From Nitrospirales bacterium (GTDB taxonomy: Bacteria > Nitrospirota > Nitrospiria > Nitrospirales > UBA8639), in assembly GCA_965203295.1 (NCBI GenBank), contig CBDBCZ010000017.1, positions 896,001 through 960,000 on the forward strand: 64,000 bases of DNA, in the 5' to 3' direction. Below, one piece after another: positions 1 to 12,025 of the stretch. A program made the translations under genes and the position numbers. The notes under the pieces were generated by a model, which saw only the letters and a program-made list of their open reading frames with translations, was not told where the DNA came from and searched no databases. Each line of letters starts with the position of its first letter. Position 1 is the first letter of the stretch.

Positions 1-1484
1 ATCCAGCTCAAAAAGGGTCTCTTCCTACATTTAAGTCGTATCTAAATTTTAGGACAATCAGAGATACTCGCCAAAAGAGGCTGGATTACAACAGCCCCTA
101 TTACGATAATGAGGATGGTGATGCATCAATCATATCCAGTCAGGTGGCCGAGTGCAAACATGTGAGAATCCATGGTCTGTCGCGAAATGGTATGAAAATG
201 GCCCACCCACCTATAGAGAGTTTTCACGTGTCGTCACAGATCACGTGCGTCCGTGTCACGTTCCGTTTATGCCCGTTCTTGCCCACCATGCGTGGGCGAC
301 TAGATTGGCACGTTATACAACGATCTCAGAATCAAGAGCCGCTGGGAACTTACGCGTTCAGTATCTCAACTATCGCTGTAAGTCAGTTTTCAGGCGGGAC
401 AGATCGAGTGAATCTACCACCTAGACTACAAGTACGAGAGTAACTTCCGGTCTTTATGCGTATGGCTATGTACGTTTGCTGCCCACCAAAATGGCGCCCT
501 GGCAACAGTTGCTACATGCGCGTGACGTAAAATGATGTCAATGAAAACTCTCCATATTATGATATACACAGTCATTCTCAGAACAGGAAGTACGTTTATT
601 GGGAGTGGCATAACTACCAATGATCAGCTAAAGCCGTAATGATCAGCTAAAACAATGTTCGTTACTACTTCAGCTGATCATCATGATCACAAATGATCGG
701 TAATGAAATCACTACTGATCAGCTAAATCAGTAATGGCTTAGCTAAGCAATTGCTGATTCAGCTACAGCACTGTTGATCCTGATTTAGGCATGCTATAAT
801 AGTAGTACATCCTATATGTTAAGTTAACCAGAGTTAACGCCCTAAATACTGTGCCATGTGGTATATACATTCTCCAAACTACTCGGATAAACTACAGATG
901 ATTGAGTCAATCTATTAAAGGACACATTAATTCAACCCCAGTCACTTGATCACGTACCTACTAAAGGTTGACCCTTTTGGACGCCACCCCACAGAGCTGG
1001 AGATATAGTATTAGTACGATACGTACGCAGCTACCCGGCATGTATGACGACACAAACCACACCTCCTCGGCCTAATCGACACCGGAAGCACTATAGCCCT
1101 TGTATGGCTGCCCCTGATTTGCTTATTAAACAGTGCAGCCAAAGCTGAATTTATACAGTATATGCAGTCAGCTAACTGAGGGAGCTAAATACTGTTGGAC
1201 ATTTTATTTTGGGTGCTTTTCCGCGGATACGCAGAGGTAGGTTGGATCATAGAGTAGAGTACTCTACTAGCTATGGTTGAATGCTGAAGTATTAATCATG
1301 TGTGTGTGTGTTTACACAATTTTTTGGAGAGCATGTTTGTATAGTACAGACTAATGGATTACTTTAATACATACAGTTATACAGTAGCCATTGCAGCTCG
1401 CTCAATGAGCCTAGCGCTTGTAAGAAATCCATATCGTATGTAACTATACGGGTACGGTGCGCGCTGCTACCGAAATTCCATTAG

Positions 1485-1562
1485 CGCTATCGTTGCATAA
1501 ATTTTTAGGCTGCGCTATCGTTGCATAAATTTTTAGGCTGCGCTATCGTTGCATAGGCTGCA
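1485..1562. repeat. Three copies of a ~27-bp unit
   Basis: GCGCTATCGTTGCATA(AATTTTT)AGGCT. Confidence 0.8.
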
Positions 1563-3460
1563 GAGCGCGCTGGATTATAAAAAGGCCTTAAAGGTATTTA
1601 CACATGTATCTAAGCGGCTTGCAGGCAGGTCAAAATTTCCGCCTCGCCCCTTTGCTACGCTGAACGAGTCGGCGCTCACTGTTTTGTTACAGTTGTATGC
1701 ATTCCTAGACTCGTCGTAGATAATGTAGTACGCGCTGGTCACCAGGTGACGTGGCTCTAGCGCGGCAAACTGCCGCCAAGTATGTGTAATGGCTACAGAA
1801 TTGATGCACCGACAAAGGTGAGCATTCGCTTTCATAACATCTAGATATCTTCCTGATAGCGTTCTCTAGATCTTGCAGACAAGCCCACGTATATACGGCT
1901 TCACATACAGCATGATAATAAATACCATAATTACATGTATATTATTGTCTATGACAATACCTATATAGCCACCATCTGGCTCCCAGCCCTGACTGTACTG
2001 TGGAGGCGTACAAGGCTAATATTACCCTCTACATGTAGTGACCACAGTATACGTAGGTATATATAGCTACCTCGGGATCACTTGCAGTATTCATAATTTG
2101 GGAGAACTGGATCTAGGTACTCTTACACACTTCTGGTGTTCTCTACGTATCCGAATTGAGCCAATGAAAATCGCAGTCACATGACCTCTCTGTACCTGAT
2201 GAAGGGCTGTACATAGTCTTGTGCCCAGCCCGTCGCTCCTCCCCTCGCTGAGACGGTCTGGCGACCCAAGTCCAAAAGGTCGTTTCATCCGCTCTGATTC
2301 CAGGCGGATCCAATGAGATTACAGTATTTGTGATTATTACGTAAAAGAATGCTATTACTAAAGGGCACTACCCGGGGGTCAATCATGCCCGTTCGTGTTG
2401 GAATCTTTGTAATCGCTTCGCCCATTATTGTGCTAGCCTGGCTGAAAGAATTAGAAGGACAAGATAGATGAATCTGCAGTTTTAACCACTTGCCGCTTTG
2501 GTACTTTAGAGATATTCTTTAGCAGAGTTATAAGTCTGGTTGGTGATGACAACACTCGAGAATAATTGGTAGGGCTCATATTAGCTCTAGACTACGCCTT
2601 ACAGCAGAGCTTTGAACATGTCATTTAATACACAGCTAATGCCATCCCTACACACGGAATACTACCGTACTCCATGACTAAGCCACGCAAGGCTTAGTAT
2701 TAGCTGCGCCATGGACCATTACACACTCAGACAATTCGCTAGAATAGACCGTTACAAGCGAGTGATACATTGTGTGTATATGCATTGCATAGAGCACACC
2801 AGAGCACGCAAGTGTGTCTAGACCTAGCCTCGTTCCCAGGCTCTACTGCCCAGTAGAACCTGGGAACGAGGCTTCTCCTGCCGGATACTGCAAGGGTAGT
2901 TGGGGATAGCTTGCTAGAGCGCACAAAAACCTCGAAATTGCACAATCCTAAAACTGAATTTCAGAATGTGAAGCCATACTATATATAGACACAGTGCCTG
3001 TGTGTAGGATGCTGTGGTATAGCAAGAATCCTGAGCCCATGTGCACATCACAAGGGTAGCAGATGTGTACATGTGAAAGCAGTGACTAGACTGCATGCAC
3101 AGGATATGAATACATGTACATTGTGTAATAGTGGTAACAGCACTGTACATGTACATTATGTAATAGTGGTAACAGCACTGTGTATGTTGGCTACATGCAG
3201 CACTGAACAAATTAGGGACCAGCTTATTGTGCTGGCATACATGTAGCAAAATAGGGTGAGGCAATTCAAGTAGCCTCAAATGCAGGCCTTACTCGCCCAG
3301 ATTTCATCTCGCAACCCTGGAGAAAATGGGAACTGTGGGAAGTAAGGCCTGGAAGAATTTCACACGTGATATCGATCCACCTAGCCAGTTTTTTTTTTCT
3401 TTCCCTTTCTGGGGGAGGGGATGGGGCTCAGCCCCCCAGCTTTTTTAAAGGGACTCAAGC

Positions 3461-3988
3461 TAATCTCATGCCCAGACCGTGTCTTCTTCCCCTCGCTGAA
3501 ATGTTCTGCCAACCCAAGTCCAAAATTCGTTTCAATGGCGGTGATATGGGCGGAGTAAATAGTTCAAGTTTCAAAAACTATATATAAAAGCATACTACAA
3601 TCTCTACAAGGATCGTTTTTGTATACGTACACACAACTTTTGACTGAAAAAAAACAAGCACAATAGAGCAACACGAGCAAGGTATGGCTACTTGCCTTTC
3701 AAGGCTTATATCAAAAACTTAAAAGTTGATCTTTTCATAAGCCCTGCTTTCGCTGAGGTTACGGTATCCAACCTTCGAAACTGCACAAAGAGCTATCTCA
3801 ATTGCTACCTGATTTAAACGGCTGCCTAACTCTTAAAACTCGAATGACGCCATTTTCTCAAACCGTAATAGCATTTTTTTAGGTAATCATCACAAGCCTG
3901 GAATATGAGTGGATGAAACAACCTTTTGGACTTGGATCGCCAGACTGTCTCAGTGAGGGGGAGGGGCAACGGTCTATGCATGAGACTA
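3461..3988. mobile_element. TAG...CTA-type MITE with ~75-bp imperfect TIRs and 9-bp TSD
   Basis: TIRs at 3461-3535 and 3914-3988. Flanks GACTCAAGC / GGCTCAAGC. A truncated related copy lies at ~2214-2360. Confidence 0.7.
3581..3687 (+). promoter_or_regulatory. Candidate TATA box, non-coding first exon and splice donor for the Cys-rich gene
   Basis: TATATAAAAG at 3581-3590. Donor AAG|GTATGG at 3681/3682 could pair with the acceptor at 4172-4173. No transcript evidence. Confidence 0.4.
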
Positions 3989-4136
3989 GGCTCAAGCCTC
4001 TCCTCCTATATCTCTGCCCATGTTATTGGGCCCATTGCCAGGATCAATTTCAGAATCCATGTTTTGTACATGTACTGTCCCTATTATCATGGAGCCCTTA
4101 TGCAAATGTTCATGGGCTCTTTAGCGTGCAAATGTT

Positions 4137-4173
<37 letters not shown>

Positions 4174-4175
4174 AA

Positions 4176-5423
4176 ATGGCAGTTCAGGCTCTTTGGTTTT
4201 CACTTGCAGCCTTAGCTCTGATATCAGGACAGGCGGTGAATGGTCAGTGCGATTTCCTTGACATTGGAACATTTGTTCTTTCTAACCTGGGCTCTGAGTG
4301 CCAGAGCTCGTTTACGACCTTGTCAAGTCTGCAAACTAGAGCAATAGCAGCTGCTGCAGCAGGAGATGATCTTGAGCTAACAGATAATGAAGAAACTGCT
4401 TTGAATGGAGCGTGTGTCGACTCGTGCGTAGGAGCCGTTGTGGACTATCTGCAAGATAATAATTGCCCCCAAGATGATATTAATGGACTGGCAACGCTGT
4501 GTTATCGTAATCCTTTCTCTACCAATCTGTGCATTGCGACGGTTGACTACGTTCTGGGACGCGTTGATGACGCCATTGCAGCATGTAACACCACTGGCAC
4601 AGAATGTCCTGCTAATTGTTCAGCCCTTCTGCCTGAGTTGTACGGCAATGGTGGCTGCTGCATGAAAACTAGGTTGCCAATTATCCCTTCTTTTGATGCA
4701 ATCGTCAATATGTCATGTGATTATTTTGATCTCTGCGCGGGTGTTGTCGGTGCGACTGAATGCAGCGTCCCGTATGTTGCAAGAACCGGTCAGGAATGCA
4801 CTGATGCTGGAATCGATGCTTTTGCCTTCTCTGAAGCAAGTGGCCTGAGTGAGGACTGTCAGCGCAACTATGCTACCGTGCAAGCCTTTCGAAATAGAGC
4901 AACGGCTCTTACCGCAGCAGGACAACCGGTCGCCCCAACAGCAGCTGAAAACACTGCTTTGAATATGGTTTGTGCCGAATCGTGCATGGGAACTATCGTA
5001 GAGTATGTGGAAGATACGTGTACCGCACAGCGGGCTGAAGAACTTGCATCGCTGTGTACCCGCAATCCCGGCTCCGGAAATACGTGCATTCAGACGATTG
5101 ACTACGTTCTGAGTCGTGTTCCAGAGGCTGTTGCAGCATGTAACACCACTGGCACAGAATGTCCTGCTAATTGTTCAGCCCTTCTGCCTGAGTTGTACGG
5201 CAATGGTGGCTGCTGCATGAAAACTACAGTTCCGATTGTCACCAGTTTCGATACAGTTGTTGATATGTTTTGTCGATATTTCGAACTGTGTGCGGACGAA
5301 ACGGACTTTGACGCAGAAGAATGCAGCATACCGTTCGTCGAAGGCAGTGGAACTACTGTCTTTGTTGCCAAAACGCTTTTGGTGCTTGCAGTCAGCATTG
5401 CCACTTTCCTGAAAGTTGTCTAG
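4176..5423 (+). CDS. Secreted, probably GPI-anchored, cysteine-rich protein (415 aa) with two ~185-aa internal repeats; family unknown
   Basis: Long ORF with signal peptide MAVQALWFSLAALALISGQAVNG. Two repeats share the same Cys spacing (CxxxC...CPANC...GGCC). C-terminal small residues (GSG) are followed by hydrophobic tail VFVAKTLLVLAVSIATFLKVV. A (CT)n-CAG acceptor ends at 4173 just before the ATG, implying a 5'UTR intron. Confidence 0.85.
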   Translation: MAVQALWFSLAALALISGQAVNGQCDFLDIGTFVLSNLGSECQSSFTTLSSLQTRAIAAAAAGDDLELTDNEETALNGACVDSCVGAVVDYLQDNNCPQDDINGLATLCYRNPFSTNLCIATVDYVLGRVDDAIAACNTTGTECPANCSALLPELYGNGGCCMKTRLPIIPSFDAIVNMSCDYFDLCAGVVGATECSVPYVARTGQECTDAGIDAFAFSEASGLSEDCQRNYATVQAFRNRATALTAAGQPVAPTAAENTALNMVCAESCMGTIVEYVEDTCTAQRAEELASLCTRNPGSGNTCIQTIDYVLSRVPEAVAACNTTGTECPANCSALLPELYGNGGCCMKTTVPIVTSFDTVVDMFCRYFELCADETDFDAEECSIPFVEGSGTTVFVAKTLLVLAVSIATFLKVV

Positions 5424-6105
5424 TGTGTTTTACCTCGAGACGTCGAGCATGGAAACGTTACTAGTAGTCGATTAACTGTAGCTTGCGTTATAATTTATGT
5501 GAATGCTAGTTTTTACATGTAGTAGTCATTGTAATGTTGGTTTCCTGACACCCTTTATTTAGAAATACATTCCAACTGTTCACAAACTTTTGAATTTGAT
5601 CTGTATACATGCACTGAAATTGACTAGTTCCTGAAATGCAAGTTGTTTATATAATACAGCATGAGCCGCCAAAGGTCCTATAAACATGTACACCAATGAG
5701 TGTCGTAGGCTTGATTCGACAAGTCCATGTTAAACATCCAACTTGTCAAATGTGATCTAAAAACAAGACACTTACGTAGGTCAGGTTAAGTTCAGTGTGT
5801 GAATGGATCTGTTGCGGCCGGGTTCACTCTTTTGCTAATCGCACATGCAGTGAATGGCTCTCTCACAGCAACAATTATTTCTCTTTCTTTTTCTCTCTCT
5901 TTTCAGACATACAGGACAGCATTTATATATGCAATAGAGACAATGCATGGCCCATAAGGCCTAACAAAACATAGACTAACAGACAACTATTACATAAATC
6001 ATAAACAAGACGTAGGGCAGAACATATACATGAGTAACACCAACTATTGTCTAAGCATGTGTTCAGTAACCTGAGGTTACAGATCAAAGGCACTGGTACA
6101 GACTA

Positions 6106-6641
6106 CCGTATTTCCGCGATCAGACGCCGCCCTCGATTAGTAGCCGCCCTCGAATTATAGCCGCACCTCCGGAAGTGCTGAACGAAATAGTGGCCGCGCC
6201 CTCGAATAGTAGCCGCGGCTAAAATTCAAGTACCGTGTAAGCGCTTAAGCAAGAAGATGTAGCAACTACAGTAAAAGTAGAGTAATACTTGACTTTGCTA
6301 GCTAACAGTTTAATATCGGACCTCACCTTTGTCTTCTTCGAGATTGCGAATTTAAGGGATCAGAGCCCGACGGAGGCTGCCCGCGAATCTATATTTTCGA
6401 TACCTCTCCCCTCGAAAAACAGCTGGCATTGTAGCATGGCGGCTTTTCGATAGTGTTGAGGCACGAACGGCGATTTGCAAACGGATTTAAACTGCTGTTG
6501 TACATCGCTGTGTAACCAGTAAGCCGCTCAATCTAATAAACGCCGCCCTCGATTAGTGGCCGCCCTCGAATAGTGGCCGCGGAAAATCGCGCGATGAAAT
6601 AAATATAATAGTAGCCGCGGCGTCTGATCGCGGAAATACGG
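6106..6641. mobile_element. Tc1/mariner-pogo-type MITE
   Basis: TIR CCGTATTTCCGCGATCAGACGCCGC ... GCGGCGTCTGATCGCGGAAATACGG, TA on both flanks, internal GCCGCCCTCGA(A/T)TAGT subrepeats. Confidence 0.85.
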
Positions 6642-7073
6642 TATACCTTGCAGTTGACAGCGGAGCAGCTGTAGCTATATAAAGATGCAGACTTTGCTAA
6701 CACTAAGTTATCCGAGCTGACACCCATTCACCTGAATCAATCATGCAGACAGATTCAGCTGTATTGCTCACCAATTCACCTACATCACTCACCTAATTCG
6801 CTCTCCAATTCGTTGTATCACCCACCGATGCGCGTGAATCATTCGTCGATTCGCTGTATACATGTAGCACTAACTGATGCACGTGAATCGCTCACCGATT
6901 CGCTGTATGCACTCAACAACACTGATGTAATGCAGCTGGCTCAAAAACCTAAGGTTAGCCTCTAGGACATACAAGTACATTAGTGATAATAAACGGTTTT
7001 CTATATGACCATACGGCACAACCAAGACATAGCATACATGTACAGGCCTCATACAGGTTTTTGTGCAAGCATA

Positions 7074-10000
7074 TTAGTGCATGCTTTGCTCATCTGGGTC
7101 AACATTATGATGTTCTTCATCAAGAGAGAGAACTTCTTCATGAGAAGTTACTTGTTCTTCAACCTTTTGTTTATCTGGTGAGTGAACCAGCACAAGTTCA
7201 TCTAGAGAATAAGAGAGACAAGTTTATTTGCTGGTTTATAAATGGTTGATGAATATGTTCATAGGAGTGGTGTGTCCTTATTATTTGAGGACCTAGTGAG
7301 TGGTATATATTATAAAACAAGCTACAGAAAAAGAACTTTACCAAAAAGTGCAAAAACCATTCATGTAGGGATGCACTTCCACAAAAAGAAAGGAAACAAG
7401 CTATAACCTACACCGCAATGGGTTCAGAGACTACCTACACATCACAGCTCAATGCATTACAGAGTAACGCTCGAGAATAACTGATAGTGCTTATATAAGC
7501 CCTAGACTACACCTACAGCACAGTTTTGAGCATATCATTTTGTACACATTTAATGGGGACGCCATTTTTTTTCCAGAGCCATCCCTACATATGGAGTACT
7601 ACTGTACTCCATGATACATGTATGTCAAGGACCTGTCGCTAGCTAGTCAGTGGTGTGTCCTTAGTAACCTCCTTATAATCCATGGCATGTCCTTACAATT
7701 ATGGGACCTAGTGTCCCCAAGGAGCCTGTGCTATTATAGTTGTGCATGTGTGCTGTATGAAGTAAATATTGTCCACAACTCAGATGTATGGGTATAGAGG
7801 GGACATCACATGAAATACATGAGCCGCCTCTCTATAGATATACCCTTTACATCGCAATAGGAGACCACGAATCATTTTTAAAACTTACCAGGTACAATCG
7901 CTATGAATCTTTTTCTTTCTTCGTCTTTATCAAACACCGAAATCTTCATCCACCCACTCAACATTACCCTGGACCCTTTCTTCACGTTCTTGAGCACAAA
8001 GTCCGTCTGTTCTGGGGAGTGGACATTTATGGTGTGCCACGTAGCCCTCTCCACCCATCCACCTGTGGTATAGACAAAACATATGTATACATGTAGCATT
8101 GTTTGCTTGCCTGCCTATCCAGGCTGCTGTATCTGGAATTTTTCTGTTTCGTGCAATTCCTTCAACACAATTTCTCTGACTGCTTCCACTGATAGAAGGC
8201 TGGTTCGTGCATGCATGGAGACCCACCTTTGTGGCTTTGTTCGCCCACATGGCAAAGCTCTCTCTACCTTACACACATGTAATACTCATGTTTAAAAGCG
8301 TACCAGACTTTCCATCTTCTTTCAAGAAGAGCCTGGGAACAGCAGGCTACCTCTGACATGTATACGCTACTTCAATATGAGTCAGATTCTACGGTATTTA
8401 TTATACATGTATGACAAAGTGTTGTTTTAGCATGACTTCATTTAGTTTTAGTAAAAAGAACAAAGCTTAGCTTTAGATAACTAAAACGAAAAAGGGGTTA
8501 CTAAGATACTTTTAGTATTAGTTAACCTAACTACATGTACATGTAAATGGGTTGATTTTGGTGAAAAAATATTATAGTTTATTCGGAGTCCCACCTTTGA
8601 TATATCAGTTTTAGTTTGTTAACTAAACCTACCTGTTTTTGTTCCTACTAAAACATTCTGTTAGCTCAAGTTACTGAAACAGCACCACATGACATATATA
8701 GAGGCATGTTTTAATGATCCCCCTCACCTGGGCCCTTGGTGTACTTATTTGTGACCATATAAAATGTCACCAGACTCCGCCCACTCTTAAAGTTGAGTTT
8801 CTGTGGGTCACGGCCAACACGCCCGAGAAGGTAGACTTGGTTGATATCTGGATCGAGGATTAATTTACAATGAACACATAGTGAGTACAGTAGAACCCCT
8901 ATAATGTTGACACCTTGGGGACCTGGTAAAGTGTCCTGTGTAGAGAGGTGTCCTCATTTCAGGGATAAATTTACATTAATTAAGAAAGCATATTTTGGAC
9001 ACAGCAAAGTGTCCTTAATACAGAGGTGTCCTTATTTCAGGGGTTTCCTTTAAGAGGGGTTCCACTGTAATATATGTGGTGCATGTTGAATACAATTGCA
9101 GGCTTGCAAATATCATGAAATCAGTGTGTAAAATTGCTACATGTACATCATACACATGCAAAATGCGGTGTCCTGTGCTCTCACACTGTGCATGCATGTG
9201 TAGAGTAGGTGTTTTAAAATACACTTTCATGCTATAGTTCTTCAATTCCAACCAGAAGTGCTTGTCAAAATCTTCAGCATCAATTTTACTAGCCATTTGG
9301 GGGGAATCTTGAATAAATGCTCTTTTATTTTTTAGGCTAGTTGCTTTACTTGTTGGCTATCAGTTTATACCTGTATTAGTTACATTCCGTTTATTATACT
9401 TGTACACTTTACTTTATAAGCCACTTTTTAACTCCTTTACACTAGCTAACTTTTTTTTCCTGTATCATGGACATGTTCTGTGTAGCATTAAAAGTTTAAG
9501 GGAATAGGATTCTTCATGTAGAAATCATAGAAGATGAAACAGCTTACACTTCTCATTGAATTGTGCGGCTGGGATATCTGTTGATAGTGACGCACGCAAG
9601 ATGTTCCGTTGCAGAAGATTCTAAGGGAAAATTAAATGTAGCACATGCAGCGATAGAATATATGCACGCTATTCAGTAGGTTGCAATGCAGGGTCAATGG
9701 CATGCCAGACGGTGCTGAACATCAGTAGGTTGCTATAGTACTGAACCTCAGTAAGTTGCTATAGAATATATGCACACTATTCAGGGGTGGACTTCAGTAG
9801 GTTACAATGCAGGGTCAATGGTATGCCAGACGGTGCTGAACCTCAGTAGGTTGCTATAGAGTTGAACCTCATAGGTTGCTATAGTGCTGAACCTCAGTAG
9901 GTTGCTATAGAGTTGAACCTCAGTAGGTTGCTAGTATTGAACCTCAGTAGGTTGCCATATTGCGCCTCGGTAGTTTGCAATAGTATTGAACCTCAATAGG

Positions 10001-11603
10001 TGCTATAGGCACATCCAGTGTTGAACCTCAGTTGGTTGTTATAAGCACAATCAGGGCTGACCCTCAGTTGGTTGTGGGTTGCAAGGTAACACTAGATGTA
10101 TATTCCGAGTTGAGCCTCACGGTGTAGGGGTAGCTAAACTGCTAGTCAGTGCTGAACCTCAGTAGGTTGCTATAAGGCCATTCAGTGCTGAACCTCAGTA
10201 GGTTGCTATAAGTACATTCAGGTCAGTTGGTTACAAGGCACACTATACATACTGAGGCTGAAACCTCAGTGCATTACTACAAATGCTGCACGTTGCTAAA
10301 AGAACATCCTGGGCTTAACCGCAACAAATAGCAGTACTAGTGTAGCTAAAACTGCTAATTAGGAATGAACCTCAGTAAGTTGTACTACAGCATACAGCTA
10401 GCTTCATTCCCAGGCCTACAATTACACGAATTGTCACAGGGCTTGAGATCTAAAGTCATGTAAACAACTTATGTTATTATCTGAATCTCTGTTTTTCTAC
10501 ACTTTACCATTATTTTTCAGCGGTAAGTCCGTGGCACAAACGGGCTACAAAGAATAGCTACAAGAAGTATAGATTTGCTACCTTCACTTTACTGTCTGAG
10601 AGTAGCAACTGCATCAACCATGCTCACTAATACTGCTCCACTGCCTTCTACTTTTTGGCTTCAAGGTAATTTTTTTGTGATGATACTCAAGAGATCTGGA
10701 CGAAATCCAAGCGACAAAAATCAACCATCATTCTCAGATATATACGAAGGAGGCTGGGCTACTGAATGCACGAAAATCAAGCAAACAAGAAATTTAGAAA
10801 TAACGATCAAACGATCAAGGATTGATCAAATTCTTGATCCTGTTTGTCTACAATCATAGATAGTAGAGTAGAACTTCTACTCTACTATCTATGCTACAAT
10901 GTACTGGCAGAGATTTACAGTTAGTCTCGCGGGCCAGACGATTAAAGTACGTCTGGTCACGTTTGCCACGTTTTTGCAAACGTCGCCGGAATGTGGGCGA
11001 CACCAATCAGATTGCAGAGCGTTCAATTATTACATAGCTCTTACGCGTTAGTCACATGACAGTCTGTCCTTTTCAAACGAGATGTTATCGAGAAAAAAGT
11101 GTTAGCGAACGTTGCGAGTTAGCTATGCCGAACCAGGAACGAGTAATAAGTTTTAAAATAAAAGACGGTTTTCGTCGCTGGTGTCTCAAGTGCACCTGAC
11201 AAAATAGGACGCACATGCTCTGTAGACTCACTGTGAAGATTTCGACGTTCCTTCGCCGTTACCGCTGACTCACAAAGCAAGTACATCTCTACCGACTTTC
11301 CATATCGTGATTATAAGGCGAGAGTCTATTAGCTTCACATAATTGCGTTCTGCCTCGTGAAAAATGACTGCGTCACGTGCACTACATTCCACCGCGTAAC
11401 GGAAACGCGGCTAAGGTGGCCAGACATAACTTCCCCTAACAAAAATCGTCTGGCCCGCGAGACTAATTTACAGTAGTGTAGCTGATGACGTCATCTCTCC
11501 CCACACGGGCCCACCCACACGTACACATTTAAAAGCGTAAAAAACCATTTCCACTGCCACAATAAATTTTCAGCCGTACCTGCAACTTTCGAAACGATAG
11601 CAT
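7074..11603 (-). CDS. SSBP1: Mitochondrial-type single-stranded DNA-binding protein, paralog A (172 aa)
   Basis: Exons (minus) 11603-11580, 9620-9548, 8847-8728, 8062-7889, 7201-7074, all GT-AG and phase-consistent. Protein MLSFRKLQNLLQRNILRASLST...INQVYLLGRVGRDP...ATWHTINV...VKKGSRVMLSG...IAIVPDELVLV plus an acidic tail. SSB OB-fold motifs and a basic, acid-free presequence-like N-terminus. Confidence 0.85.
8888..9067. mobile_element. Pogo/Tigger-type MITE in SSB-A intron 2
   Basis: TA|CAGTAGAACCCCT ... AGGGGTTCCACTG|TA. A degraded relative lies at ~13340-13510. Confidence 0.75.
9670..10385. repeat. Degenerate tandem array of a ~25-bp unit (GTGCTGAACCTCAGTAGGTTGCTATA) in SSB-A intron 1
   Basis: About 20 imperfect copies, with higher-order duplications. 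Confidence 0.8.
10922..11465. mobile_element. TAG...CTA MITE with perfect 9-bp TSD in SSB-A intron 1
   Basis: TIR TAGTCTCGCGGGCCAGACGATT / AATCGTCTGGCCCGCGAGACTA, with ATTTACAGT on both sides. Confidence 0.88.
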
Positions 11604-12025
11604 AGTCCGGCTCCTCCCTGCACTGTCGATGTCGTCCGCTCTAGCAATCTCGGTACTGGGACCATAAACTGTCCAATACCGAACCACAATCAGTCCAATA
11701 CTGGTACTGGTACCGTAATATGTGGACGTCACACGTCCCAATGACATCATACCCCGCCTGGCGCGCGCGGTACGCAGGCGCTAGGCAGTGGACAGTTTTT
11801 CTTTTCAAACATGCAAAAAAATTTGGTAGTGGAGACTGAGAACAAGGCTATTAAAATGGCAATCTCCAACAGTTTTTTTGCTTTTTTGGGTAGGCGAAAA
11901 TTTAACATTAATATGAACCATGCAGACAGCCTGGCCCGCGAGAATACAAGTGCGTAGACAGTACACCATATTAATACAGACTATATAGTGTGTGCCAACA
12001 ATACAATAATATACTGTAGCTGCTA

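Noticed and set aside
3..443. Open frame from the window start to 443
   Set aside because: No recognisable motif or clear splice structure; cannot be supported.
9670..10385. Repeat-and-spacer appearance of TGAACCTCAGTAGGTTGCTATA
   Set aside because: Intervals are short, irregular and mutually related, so this is a degenerate satellite.
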